64,000 bases of DNA. Source: a virus. Positions 49,159 to 57,927 of the stretch are shown here, one piece after another. Below the pieces are notes generated by a model. The model saw only the letters and a list, made by a program, of their open reading frames with translations, ran no database searches and was not told the DNA's origin. Location: positions 97,392 through 161,391 of the IMG/VR virus record IMGVR_UViG_3300030497_000008; one strand, given 5' to 3'. How positions within the stretch are numbered: the stretch's first letter is position 1; the number at the start of each line of letters is the position of its first letter. A program made the position numbers and the translations under genes.

Positions 49159-49487
49159 ATAAAGAGGCAAATTTAATTAAAGTACCAGTAACAATTACGG
49201 AGGAGTATGTAAAAGTAACAGAGGCGATGGCAGAGTTGCAAGCTAAAGCTCATGAGCTAGGAGAGTCTTTAGATGAGATTTATGGAGTAGAAGAAGGAAG
49301 AAAACGAACAGATTTTGGAGGAACAATCCCTTACTTGTTATGTGTACGTTTGACAGGGAAGCCTTTAAGTCAAATCGAAAAAGAAATTGACGAATCGATT
49401 GAAATGAACAAATCTTTAGGTTATGGATTTGATGAGAAGTTTTACTTTACAAACAAATGGGTTGAGGAACAAGGGTTATTTATCTAA
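49155..49487 (+). CDS. hypothetical protein
   Basis: Coupled ORF. Confidence 0.65.
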   Translation: MNKEANLIKVPVTITEEYVKVTEAMAELQAKAHELGESLDEIYGVEEGRKRTDFGGTIPYLLCVRLTGKPLSQIEKEIDESIEMNKSLGYGFDEKFYFTNKWVEEQGLFI

Positions 49488-49514
49488 TAATAAAATAAAA
49501 GGAGAGAATAAAAA

Positions 49515-50228
49515 ATGACAACAACAAAATTACAAAAGGCAATGTTAAAGAATGCAGTATCTGGTGAGGTAGTATTTGTTGAAGTGAATCGAGACAATCG
49601 AATTGTATTAACGGACTCAGAAGGAACTTCATCTACATATAGTAAGCGACATACATTTAATGGAGTAGTTAAGACGTTTGTTGGAGAAGGATGGCTTGAT
49701 GTAACGGAGCAGCATAAGGTATTCAAGAATGCAGAGCCAGTCATTGAAGAACTTAAAATCACGCCTCTTGAGGAAATTAAACCTGTTGAGCTAACGGTAA
49801 TTAAAAATGAAGATAACGAAGAAGATAAAATCCGTAAAATGGTTGATGAGTTTGTAGATGCAAATAAAGCAGCATCGGAAGCTAAAAAAGTAGCGGACAA
49901 GATTAAAAAGGAAATCCGTGCTTATATGGATAAGAAAGGTATCAAGAAGTTGGCAGGGCTTAAGGATATGGAAGTATATCTACAAACTGCAAAAGCTTCT
50001 AACTCGACTTCTGATTACACAGATTACGATACAGCGATGCTGCAACAAGTATTACCACGTGAACTGTTTGAGAAGATTTCAGAGGTTCGTGTATCCGCTA
50101 AGTTAGTTAAGAACTTAATGGAAGAGACTACATTCTCCGAATCAGAGGTACAAGCAATCAAGAAGGCAGAAGTTTACAATCTTGGTTCACCAAAATTCAC
50201 AACTCGTAAGATTAAGGATGAGGCGTAA
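49515..50228 (+). CDS. hypothetical protein
   Basis: Strong RBS; coiled-coil middle. Confidence 0.75.
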   Translation: MTTTKLQKAMLKNAVSGEVVFVEVNRDNRIVLTDSEGTSSTYSKRHTFNGVVKTFVGEGWLDVTEQHKVFKNAEPVIEELKITPLEEIKPVELTVIKNEDNEEDKIRKMVDEFVDANKAASEAKKVADKIKKEIRAYMDKKGIKKLAGLKDMEVYLQTAKASNSTSDYTDYDTAMLQQVLPRELFEKISEVRVSAKLVKNLMEETTFSESEVQAIKKAEVYNLGSPKFTTRKIKDEA

Positions 50229-50255
50229 GCTTCTCCTTTTTTCTTTATTTTATGC

Positions 50256-50284
50256 TTTACTTTTAGTAAAAGTCATGTTAATAT
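50256..50284 (+). promoter_or_regulatory. sigma-A promoter with perfect palindrome
   Basis: TTTACT-N17-TAATAT; TTTAC-TTTTA-GTAAA. Confidence 0.7.
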
Positions 50285-50317
50285 ATTAATAGAGATACTT
50301 ACTAGGAGGAGAAACAA

Positions 50318-51235
50318 ATGGAACAAGTTAAAGAAAAAATCAAACATTACGATTCAATCGTACAAGCTCAGGAAGGTTCAGAGGAAGCCTCCGATTATTT
50401 ATTCGCACAATACAAAGACATGATATGGAACATCATACACCAAGTTTCACCAATCGACAAAGAAGGCGTAAACGAGGACTTATTTCAGATAGGCTCTCTA
50501 GCGTTTGTACAAGCTATCCAAACATTTAATGTAGAGTTAGGTTACGAATTCAGTACATATCTGTATCAATCCATTAAGGGACGTGTTTTAAAAGGGCTAC
50601 GACACAAACAGGATTTGAAAGTCCCTAACGATATTTATAACATATCCATTAGGATACGGAAGAACTATCTCATGGACGAGTCTATAGAGACCATAACGAG
50701 TGTATTAGATATTTCAGAAGAAGATGCTACAAAAGCGATGGACTACTTAAGAGCATCCGCAGCGTTGAGCATGGATACGACAATCGCATCTGATAAAAGT
50801 AACAGCGGTAACGCTGCTATGGTAAGCGAGGCGATTAGTGGAGATTTAAATGGACATAGCTGGGAAGATAGAATCAACCTAAGAGAGTTGGTGGACAAGC
50901 TCCCTGCTAATGAAAAGCATATTATCGCTCGTAAATACTTTGAAGATGCAAAGCGTAGTGATTTATGCGATGAATTAGGGATACATGAGAACACTGTGTA
51001 TAAGATAGAACAGAGAGCTTTAAATAAATTACGAGCATTTATGACGGGTAAAGATACACTCGTGACCAAGAAAGATACACCACGACATACAAGTACAAAA
51101 GCTGCTCGTGAAGAGGCTAAGAAGCTATTAAAAGAAGGTAAGTTATCATATGTACATATTTCTCGTCAAACAGGTGTATCAGAGAATACAATAGCTACGT
51201 GGGCGAGTAAGCTTAGAAAAGGAATTGAAATTTAG
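50318..51235 (+). CDS. SigF/SigG/SigB-like sigma factor with extra C-terminal HTH
   Basis: EDLFQIG, FSTY region 2; region 3 SMD; region 4 LGIHENTVYKIEQRALNKLR. Confidence 0.88.
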   Translation: MEQVKEKIKHYDSIVQAQEGSEEASDYLFAQYKDMIWNIIHQVSPIDKEGVNEDLFQIGSLAFVQAIQTFNVELGYEFSTYLYQSIKGRVLKGLRHKQDLKVPNDIYNISIRIRKNYLMDESIETITSVLDISEEDATKAMDYLRASAALSMDTTIASDKSNSGNAAMVSEAISGDLNGHSWEDRINLRELVDKLPANEKHIIARKYFEDAKRSDLCDELGIHENTVYKIEQRALNKLRAFMTGKDTLVTKKDTPRHTSTKAAREEAKKLLKEGKLSYVHISRQTGVSENTIATWASKLRKGIEI

Positions 51236-51254
51236 AAAATATTCAAAATAACCC

Positions 51255-51283
51255 TTTACATAATGTAAAATACATGATAAGAT
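51255..51283 (+). promoter_or_regulatory. sigma-A promoter with perfect palindrome
   Basis: TTTACA-N17-TAAGAT; TTTAC-ATAAT-GTAAA. Confidence 0.7.
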
Positions 51284-51317
51284 GAAGTTAACTTAATAAG
51301 ACAAGGAGGTTTTACAG

Positions 51318-51506
51318 ATGAAGGTTAAAGAGGTTGTTGTAACGTTGCTTGCTATCATAGGCGCGTTATCAATTTGTAACTACATTGTTGTTACAGCTCC
51401 TCAATTAGTTAACTTCATGTTCTGGGTTATGATTTTTCTTATCAGTGCAGCTTCATACAACCACTTTGCAAATAAGAAACGAAATAAAGACAAAGGGGAT
51501 GAATAA
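51318..51506 (+). CDS. small membrane protein
   Basis: 2 TM helices. Confidence 0.65.
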   Translation: MKVKEVVVTLLAIIGALSICNYIVVTAPQLVNFMFWVMIFLISAASYNHFANKKRNKDKGDE

Positions 51507-51509
51507 CAG

Positions 51510-51944
51510 ATGTCACCAGAATTTTTAAGACGTATGGTACAACGAGCGAAAGAAAGAAAGATTGAAGAGATGGAACAGAAGTTAGGAGAGCCGTTTATGG
51601 CTCTTGTCCGTAAAGTGGACGACCTTATGTTTGACGCAGCTTCGGAAACTTGGTCAACGATTGTAATAGACACATACCACTTCTTCCCAGAGGTTAGGGA
51701 TATGAATTACGAGGATAAGATGGCGGAAATCCGTAAACCGTACTTTGCTAATTCTGATTTCAATACTCATATCAATAAGTTGGTTAGGTACTATAACTTG
51801 AGAGGCTTTAAAGCTTGCGATATCGATATTGACTCAGTGTCAGATTACCCATATGTTCATAGATTGGATATCAGTTGGTCACTTGAAGGAGGTGAACACA
51901 ATTGTATTCAGATTCTAACCTTGTATTTGAGATTACAAAACTAA
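51510..51944 (+). CDS. hypothetical protein
   Basis: ORF with RBS. Confidence 0.65.
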   Translation: MSPEFLRRMVQRAKERKIEEMEQKLGEPFMALVRKVDDLMFDAASETWSTIVIDTYHFFPEVRDMNYEDKMAEIRKPYFANSDFNTHINKLVRYYNLRGFKACDIDIDSVSDYPYVHRLDISWSLEGGEHNCIQILTLYLRLQN

Positions 51945-51975
51945 TCAGCGATAGTAAGGAAGGTAAGTAAGTTTT

Positions 51976-52152
51976 ATGGAATTAATGCAAGAAAAGATAA
52001 GACAAGCTATCATAGCTTTAGAGAGTGCTAGTGAGGCGTTAGATGAAGATAACATTCAATTAGGTCTAGGACAACTAGATGTCGCAGAAGACGCGGTAGC
52101 GGGTTGTAAATGGCTTTTAAGAAGTGAATTACAATTTAGGGAGGAAAATTAA
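51976..52152 (+). CDS. small hypothetical protein (not in track)
   Basis: 58-aa helical ORF filling the gap. Confidence 0.55.
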   Translation: MELMQEKIRQAIIALESASEALDEDNIQLGLGQLDVAEDAVAGCKWLLRSELQFREEN

Positions 52153-52512
52153 ATGTCATTACTTTTACAAGGTTTAGTGGAGTTTGGTAATAAGTGTTAT
52201 GCAGTACATAACTTTAAAGGTAAAGAAGTGAGCTATAAGTTACTATCTCAGTTTTGGGAAGATAGTAAAATCAAACAATACGATGATAACGGGGAGACTG
52301 AACATAACTTAATCGATTACGACGGGTTACTGCTGTTCCATGCGTATAAAGCTTATGAGTCAGGAGACGTCCATGAGTATTTCGTAGTAGTTGAAGATGA
52401 GGCGCAAGCAGACGCTTTATACGAGAATCATAAGTTTGGAGAATACGAAGGATTTGAATGGTTCTTGTTCGATGGAGATACAGATTTCCATAGCTTGGAG
52501 TTCCCAGCGTGA
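52153..52512 (+). CDS. hypothetical protein
   Basis: GGAGG RBS. Confidence 0.7.
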   Translation: MSLLLQGLVEFGNKCYAVHNFKGKEVSYKLLSQFWEDSKIKQYDDNGETEHNLIDYDGLLLFHAYKAYESGDVHEYFVVVEDEAQADALYENHKFGEYEGFEWFLFDGDTDFHSLEFPA

Positions 52513-52619
52513 ATATCTCATTTTACATACCAGAGTGGTTGTTAGGGATATTGTGTTTTATAGCAGCAGTACCTGTGTTAGCTATGTTGTGGGCGTATAT
52601 TACATTTAAAAGGGGTTAG
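52509..52619 (+). CDS. small membrane peptide (not in track)
   Basis: GTGA overlap; single TM helix. Confidence 0.45.
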   Translation: MNISFYIPEWLLGILCFIAAVPVLAMLWAYITFKRG

Positions 52620-52622
52620 AGT

Positions 52623-52943
52623 ATGAGTTATATAGAGGCACGACTAAACGGTAAAGAAGAACCAGTAATTGGAGTAGGTATTACAGATTTTCTACTTGCA
52701 GAAGGATTTAAAGTAGGAAGTGGAGCGCAAGGTGAAGGTCACATGTGTTATGTCGCTTCTACTGGAGGGCTATATGATGCTTGGCTTGCAGTTGGTGAAG
52801 ATTTCATTAGTGTGTATGTAGAGTACAACTGTGGAGGTCATATCGATGATGAGAAGTTCGGGTATCGTTCATTCAATTTAGAAAGCTTCAAGAATGCCTA
52901 TGTAGCGGCTGTAGAGTTCGCTAATGATTATGTAAATAGGTAG
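52623..52943 (+). CDS. hypothetical protein
   Basis: ORF with RBS. Confidence 0.65.
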   Translation: MSYIEARLNGKEEPVIGVGITDFLLAEGFKVGSGAQGEGHMCYVASTGGLYDAWLAVGEDFISVYVEYNCGGHIDDEKFGYRSFNLESFKNAYVAAVEFANDYVNR

Positions 52944-53010
52944 AGAGAAAACATGGACAAGCATGAGTGTTACATCATTACAATACCACCTAAATAAAGG
53001 AGTAATGATT

Positions 53011-53736
53011 ATGAGCATGTTGAGTTTTATTGGAAGAGGTAGCGCATTTAATACAGAAGAAGGAAACAACAGTGCATATTTTGTACATGAAGGGGAGCTA
53101 ATCCTTATTGATTGCGGCAGTAACATTTTTGATAGGCTAAAAGCTTCTAGGATGTTAGATGTATTCAAAAGAGTGCGAGTGATTATCACACATACACATC
53201 CAGACCATATCGGTTCATTAGGTGATTTAATTTTCTATAACTACTTTAAGATGGGTACGATGGGCGAAAAAGACATCCATGTGTATGCACCTTATACACT
53301 TAAATTAGGTAAGATTCTTCAATTAATGGGAGTCACAACCGACTACTACCATCTACATCAATTCGATAATAATGAGACGATGAGCTTCACTCACAGTAAT
53401 ATCCGATTAACGGCTGTCCCTACTCGACATGTGGACGAGCTAGTAACCTATGGATACTTGATTGATAGACTAGGTACAACCATCTATTATAGTGGAGATG
53501 CAAACAGAATCCCTCATTATATTATGGAAATGTTGGACAATGATGTCATTGATGAGTTTTACCAAGATACGTGTGCAGCTCACTATGAAGGCAATGTACA
53601 CTTCTCTTTGCATAACTTATCCTTAGCGATTACATCACCAGAAATCAGAAAGAAAGTATACTGCATGCACTTAGATGAAGGATTCCCTATCGAGAAGGTA
53701 CAACTTATGGGTTATAATGTTGTAGAAGTAAGTTAG
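53011..53736 (+). CDS. metallo-beta-lactamase-fold hydrolase (Apyc1-like)
   Basis: GSAF..NNSA, LIDCG, THTHPDHIG, YSGD, VH, MH motifs. Confidence 0.8.
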   Translation: MSMLSFIGRGSAFNTEEGNNSAYFVHEGELILIDCGSNIFDRLKASRMLDVFKRVRVIITHTHPDHIGSLGDLIFYNYFKMGTMGEKDIHVYAPYTLKLGKILQLMGVTTDYYHLHQFDNNETMSFTHSNIRLTAVPTRHVDELVTYGYLIDRLGTTIYYSGDANRIPHYIMEMLDNDVIDEFYQDTCAAHYEGNVHFSLHNLSLAITSPEIRKKVYCMHLDEGFPIEKVQLMGYNVVEVS

Positions 53737-53748
53737 GAGATACATAGA

Positions 53749-53928
53749 ATGAACAACTTAGAGGAGTTCCGATATGCGGTTGTGTATCGGAGCAATCCCA
53801 ACATCAGGTTATCTAAAACCTTCACGAGGAAGGGAGATGCAAAGGCTTATAGACGCAAAAGATTTAAAGATGATACGAAGCGCTATAAGATTGCAACATA
53901 TAAATTGATTTTAATGGAGGAGAGTTAA
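53749..53928 (+). CDS. small basic protein (not in track)
   Basis: AGGAG RBS. Confidence 0.55.
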   Translation: MNNLEEFRYAVVYRSNPNIRLSKTFTRKGDAKAYRRKRFKDDTKRYKIATYKLILMEES

Positions 53929-53929
53929 T

Positions 53930-54310
53930 ATGGAAGCACCACCGTATCAGTATAGCAATGAAGATGCAACAACTACTGTGCAGGTTTTTGACAGCATTAA
54001 ATTTATGGTAAGTAATCCTGTTATCATTATGGAACAAGTAGCAGATTGGGAAGGTATGAAATGGCATACTAGTCACGGTATTGTACAAGAATACCTTGGT
54101 GCTAGATTAAAAATCCTAACAATCCCTTATTCTAACGGTAAATCAGAAGTTGTCGAGGTTCGTACAAGTGATTTAGAAGACCGTTTCAGAGTTATCCCTA
54201 CAATAGCTTATATCGATGATATGAAAACCTATATGGGAGCTCTTGAAGAGGGTATGGCGTTTCTGAGCGATAAGAACAAAGAACTGGAGGCGGCAGCTAA
54301 TGAAAACTAA
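53930..54310 (+). CDS. hypothetical protein
   Basis: Strong RBS. Confidence 0.7.
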   Translation: MEAPPYQYSNEDATTTVQVFDSIKFMVSNPVIIMEQVADWEGMKWHTSHGIVQEYLGARLKILTIPYSNGKSEVVEVRTSDLEDRFRVIPTIAYIDDMKTYMGALEEGMAFLSDKNKELEAAANEN

Positions 54311-55454
54311 AATGCTATTACCTGATAAAATTAAAGTAGGCTTTCAATACCGTAGCGATACATACTCTGGTAAACTCGCATATGTCACGTACTTTGACCA
54401 TAAAGGGGAGTTGAAGAAGGAGAGGAGCTGGGAAGGATGGCGTGATACGGATATCGAGCCTGTAGAGATGGACAACCTACCTACAGAAGGCTTCGTATTC
54501 AACCGTAGCGGCGGAGGTAACCCATCTTGGAGTGACCGTAAAGCATTCTGTCGTGTATGGCATCCTGACGGATGGGAATTTGAAATCTCAATCGACAATA
54601 TGATGTACATTATGGCTTGCTGCGATATCATGAAAGGTAAAGGTGTTATCGGAGAACTCATCTTCGCATGGGATGGGCAAACTCTAGTACTCTTACCTGT
54701 AGACTCTCCAGCTTATACAGACATTGTAGAATATACAAAATTCATCACACAAAACGAACCATTAAAAGCAAAGGACTTAAAGGTTGGCTATACATACTTA
54801 GATAAAGATGAACGAGAGTACGTTTACTTAGGGAAGTTCTTTGAATACGGCAGCAAACCGCTAGAACGTTCTAAAGCTAGAAAACATTTCTTTGCTGCTA
54901 AGTCTTATTATGATAATTCGGATTTCCCGTATTATGTCACTACGGTAGGTTCGTTAGGTAAACGATTCTTAATGGAACATCCTAGAGGTGTTGTAGAGGA
55001 TTTCACACCTTACCAAGAGCTATTAGATAGTAGCTTCTACTATTCACCTATCAAGTTTAGTGCTCCAGAGCTCGTACCTATTACACATGAGCAGATATTC
55101 GAACGTATGAATCACTTGATTGAGATGGATGACTGGAATCCTAAAGTAACGTTCCATGTACCGAGATGGGGAGATAATTATGTTTTCGCATTGAAACGTA
55201 GAAAGGTGTATGGAGGAGATAAAGCTCCGTACCTTCGCACAGCAGCAGATGTTATCGGGTATGAGTTTTACGTTACAAAAGCAGCAGAGGATTACTACTG
55301 GAACGATAGTGAAATCTGGAGCGGAACTTTAGATGAGTTCGAAGAGGAGTTCAAAGGGGATATGCACCCACACTATGCTAAAACGTATTTAGAATCAGGA
55401 AAAGTATACAAAGTAAGTGGATATAATCCAGAAACAAACAAGGAGGATAACTAA
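54300..55454 (+). CDS. conserved phage protein of unknown function
   Basis: KVGFQ.R.DTY.GKLAY...SW.GWRD N-domain. Confidence 0.8.
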   Translation: MKTKMLLPDKIKVGFQYRSDTYSGKLAYVTYFDHKGELKKERSWEGWRDTDIEPVEMDNLPTEGFVFNRSGGGNPSWSDRKAFCRVWHPDGWEFEISIDNMMYIMACCDIMKGKGVIGELIFAWDGQTLVLLPVDSPAYTDIVEYTKFITQNEPLKAKDLKVGYTYLDKDEREYVYLGKFFEYGSKPLERSKARKHFFAAKSYYDNSDFPYYVTTVGSLGKRFLMEHPRGVVEDFTPYQELLDSSFYYSPIKFSAPELVPITHEQIFERMNHLIEMDDWNPKVTFHVPRWGDNYVFALKRRKVYGGDKAPYLRTAADVIGYEFYVTKAAEDYYWNDSEIWSGTLDEFEEEFKGDMHPHYAKTYLESGKVYKVSGYNPETNKEDN

Positions 55455-55455
55455 T

Positions 55456-55875
55456 ATGGCAACGAATGATGAAATTATCTTAAAATTACAAAAGAAGATT
55501 GAGGATAAGGAACATAACCTTAGCATCCTTAAAGCAGGTCGCGTACCTACAAAAACAAATTGTATGTTCCCTTGGGATGGTACGACATATAACTTCAATG
55601 CACTTTCTGTAGGAGACTTAAAGTTCTTAAAATTACGATTACATAGTCTAGTGTTAGCATCAGAGGATTTAGATATGCAGGACTTCTTTGATATTGAGAT
55701 TGGGGGCTTCCCGATTTCTAGATGGATTTGTGACCTAGATATCAAAATCGATGAGAAGCAAGTTCTTGTTGAGCAGAAGAAATTAAATGAGATGAAGGCT
55801 CAATTAGATAAGATGTTATCCGAGGACAAGAAAACGGAATTAAAATTAAAAGAAATGGCAGCATGGCTGGAGTAA
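55456..55875 (+). CDS. conserved coiled-coil phage protein (partner of upstream gene)
   Basis: Start re-chosen after AGGAGG; TNC and LSEDKK motifs. Confidence 0.75.
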   Translation: MATNDEIILKLQKKIEDKEHNLSILKAGRVPTKTNCMFPWDGTTYNFNALSVGDLKFLKLRLHSLVLASEDLDMQDFFDIEIGGFPISRWICDLDIKIDEKQVLVEQKKLNEMKAQLDKMLSEDKKTELKLKEMAAWLE

Positions 55876-55881
55876 GTACAA

Positions 55882-55914
55882 CAGGCACGGGATATAGTCT
55901 CGTGTCTTTCTTTA
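55882..55914 (+). terminator. intrinsic terminator
   Basis: AGGCACGGGA/TCTCGTGTCT stem followed by T-rich tail. Confidence 0.7.
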
Positions 55915-56016
55915 TGTTCATTTGTCATACTTTTTAAACTTTTTTAATCATAGACAGACATCAAATGTGGGAAAGAGTAATACAATGTATTAAATCAACA
56001 GCAAGGAGGAGTTAAA

Positions 56017-57090
56017 ATGAAAAACAATATCGGGTTATCTGTAGGTGCAGTAGATGATGGGTTTGGAGATGTAAAGGCAGACAATAACGGGAATCCATTC
56101 TTAGTCCCTTCATTCGTAACGAGCTTTAAGAAGAAACCTGAGAACGACTTCGCTACAGATAATCATGGTCAATACATCGCGTGTGAGATTGATGGTAAAC
56201 GCCATACAGTAGGCTGGTACGCATCTAAGCTAGACCCAGACATTGAATGGACTGGAGGAGAGAACAAACATAATGATAAGAATTTTTCGATTATTATGAA
56301 AACAGTGTTAGCTCTTCTAAGTAAAGGAAGTCATGAGACTATCTATACATTGATGATGAACTTACCAATCAAGAACGATACACCAGAGCGTAGAAAGCAA
56401 TTAACAGATATTGTTCGCGGAGTACACGAAGTGAAATTATCTTACGATGGTATTAATTTTATCGATAGAACAATCATGGTTGAAGATGTATGTATAAAAA
56501 AGCAGCCTTTTGGAAGCCTATGTGATGTAATGCTTGATAATAATGGAGAGATTGTTGACCACGATATCGCGAAAGGATTTAACGTGTTAGCAGATATCGG
56601 AGCGAGAACACTTAATGTCCTTACATTAGACTCTCTAGAGGAGCAGCCAGAGCTTACAACACATACAAACGCAGGGATGTATAGTAGCTACCTACAAATT
56701 GGTAAGTACCTTGAGCAGCATCTAGGAGCAGTTATTCCGAACGGCAAACTTCCATTAATCATCCAGAGCCAAGAAATTAAAGGTATGTGCATCAAAGAAG
56801 TTATCAATCAAGCTTATGAGAATCATGCGAATACTATCATGAACACACTTGACAGAATTCTGATTAACTCTTGGTCATTCGTAGATACAGTTATCTTTAC
56901 AGGTGGAGGTTCTGAGTTATTGAAACAGTACTTAGAGGCTCGTTACCGTAATATGGGAGTTAAAGTGCTCTTCTTAGATAGATATTCGAATGTACGAGGA
57001 TTACGTAAATACGGTATTAGACAAAGCGCAAGAGCTCAGAAGGATACCGTAATGATTAAAGTGGGTAGCAATAGCTACAGAAAGGGGTAA
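56017..57090 (+). CDS. ParM/StbA-family actin-like ATPase
   Basis: Phosphate-1 DDGFGDVK, QP connect, phosphate-2 DIGARTLN, adenosine TGGGS. Confidence 0.9.
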   Translation: MKNNIGLSVGAVDDGFGDVKADNNGNPFLVPSFVTSFKKKPENDFATDNHGQYIACEIDGKRHTVGWYASKLDPDIEWTGGENKHNDKNFSIIMKTVLALLSKGSHETIYTLMMNLPIKNDTPERRKQLTDIVRGVHEVKLSYDGINFIDRTIMVEDVCIKKQPFGSLCDVMLDNNGEIVDHDIAKGFNVLADIGARTLNVLTLDSLEEQPELTTHTNAGMYSSYLQIGKYLEQHLGAVIPNGKLPLIIQSQEIKGMCIKEVINQAYENHANTIMNTLDRILINSWSFVDTVIFTGGGSELLKQYLEARYRNMGVKVLFLDRYSNVRGLRKYGIRQSARAQKDTVMIKVGSNSYRKG

Positions 57091-57095
57091 TAGTC

Positions 57096-57374
57096 ATGAG
57101 GAAGTCTGTCTATCTGAGAGAAAAGTTAGATGATGACATCTTGAAAGTGATAGAACCTCTTTTGAAGCATCATAGCTTTGCTCATATCATGCGGGAACTA
57201 GCTAGAGACGGTATCAAATATAGAAGCGGTGCAGGAGTTGTAGCGGTATCACACAAAGTCATACAAAGTACGATACCAGAACAACCGCTACCAACTGCTC
57301 CACTAAAAGAAATCAAATTAACCAAGAAAGAAGCATCTAATGAAGACATAGCAGACAGACTAGATAACTTCTAA
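57096..57374 (+). CDS. ParR-like ribbon-helix-helix adaptor
   Basis: N-terminal strand-helix-helix (RKSVYL...FAHIMRELARDG), flexible linker, C-terminal helix; follows parM. Confidence 0.65.
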   Translation: MRKSVYLREKLDDDILKVIEPLLKHHSFAHIMRELARDGIKYRSGAGVVAVSHKVIQSTIPEQPLPTAPLKEIKLTKKEASNEDIADRLDNF

Positions 57375-57482
57375 ATTCTCGCTAAATTCCGACAAGGGGA
57401 TTAAGGAAAAACAAAACGTTGATTTAACGCTATTTTCCCTAACTGAGTCGGGAAAAACGCTAAATTCCCTGCTATTTTCCCT
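57370..57482. repeat. centromere-like array of GCTAWWTTCCCT repeats
   Basis: Exact copies at 57429, 57459, 57471; degenerate copies at 57370, 57381. Confidence 0.75.
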
Positions 57483-57642
57483 AGTTTACGATACCGTAAT
57501 CGTGGAGAACTTCGAGGATTTTATTTAGCTCCTCCATGTCAATATCGACATCTTTCTTCTCGTTTATTTCATGCAACACCAGATGGTTAACCTTTTGCAT
57601 CTGTCTTTCATACTGAGCTAAAGAATCTGTGAACCAAGACAT
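57481..57642 (-). CDS. antisense small protein, 53 aa (not in track)
   Basis: GAGAGGA RBS; MSWFTDSLAQYERQMQKVNHL...LHDYGIVN; fills the intergenic gap. Confidence 0.6.
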   Translation of the reverse strand: MSWFTDSLAQYERQMQKVNHLVLHEINEKKDVDIDMEELNKILEVLHDYGIVN

Positions 57643-57673
57643 ATAATCATCGTCCTCTCGTGTTTGATAGTTC

Positions 57674-57702
57674 TATCATTACCAAAATAAAATGATTTAT
57701 AC
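57674..57702 (-). promoter_or_regulatory. putative SigF/SigG-type promoter
   Basis: Minus strand GTATA-N14-GGTAATGATA; overlaps palindrome TGATAG-TT-CTATCA (57665-57678). Confidence 0.4.
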
Positions 57703-57719
57703 AAAGGAGCGATAAAATT

Positions 57720-57914
57720 ATGGGTATTGCGGCTGTTAGTGCAGGAATCGCATTAGTTTGTACGACTGGATTGGCTTTGTCAACGGTATTTAAGTTCCTC
57801 CACTCATTCGAAATGGATGTAGGTAATAAGAAGGAAAAGGAACGACGTAATCGTAGAGATGTGAATGAGGAACGTTTCGAGAGTATGGCTAACCGTTCAA
57901 GATTAAACAAATAA
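57720..57914 (+). CDS. small membrane protein
   Basis: AAAGGAG RBS; N-terminal TM and charged tail. Confidence 0.7.
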   Translation: MGIAAVSAGIALVCTTGLALSTVFKFLHSFEMDVGNKKEKERRNRRDVNEERFESMANRSRLNK

Positions 57915-57927
57915 GGGAGCGATTACG

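Noticed and set aside
51902-51970. 22-codon TTG ORF behind AAGGAGGTGA
   Set aside because: Good RBS but too short, and it overlaps the upstream gene; cannot be supported without conservation data.
55915-56000. SigE/SigK/SigF promoter for parM
   Set aside because: Several partial matches (GTCATA, AATACAAT, GGAAAGAGTA), but none has both boxes at the correct spacing.
57370-57482. Mini-CRISPR interpretation of the repeats
   Set aside because: Repeats are only 12 bp with irregular spacing (0-36 bp) and there are no cas genes.
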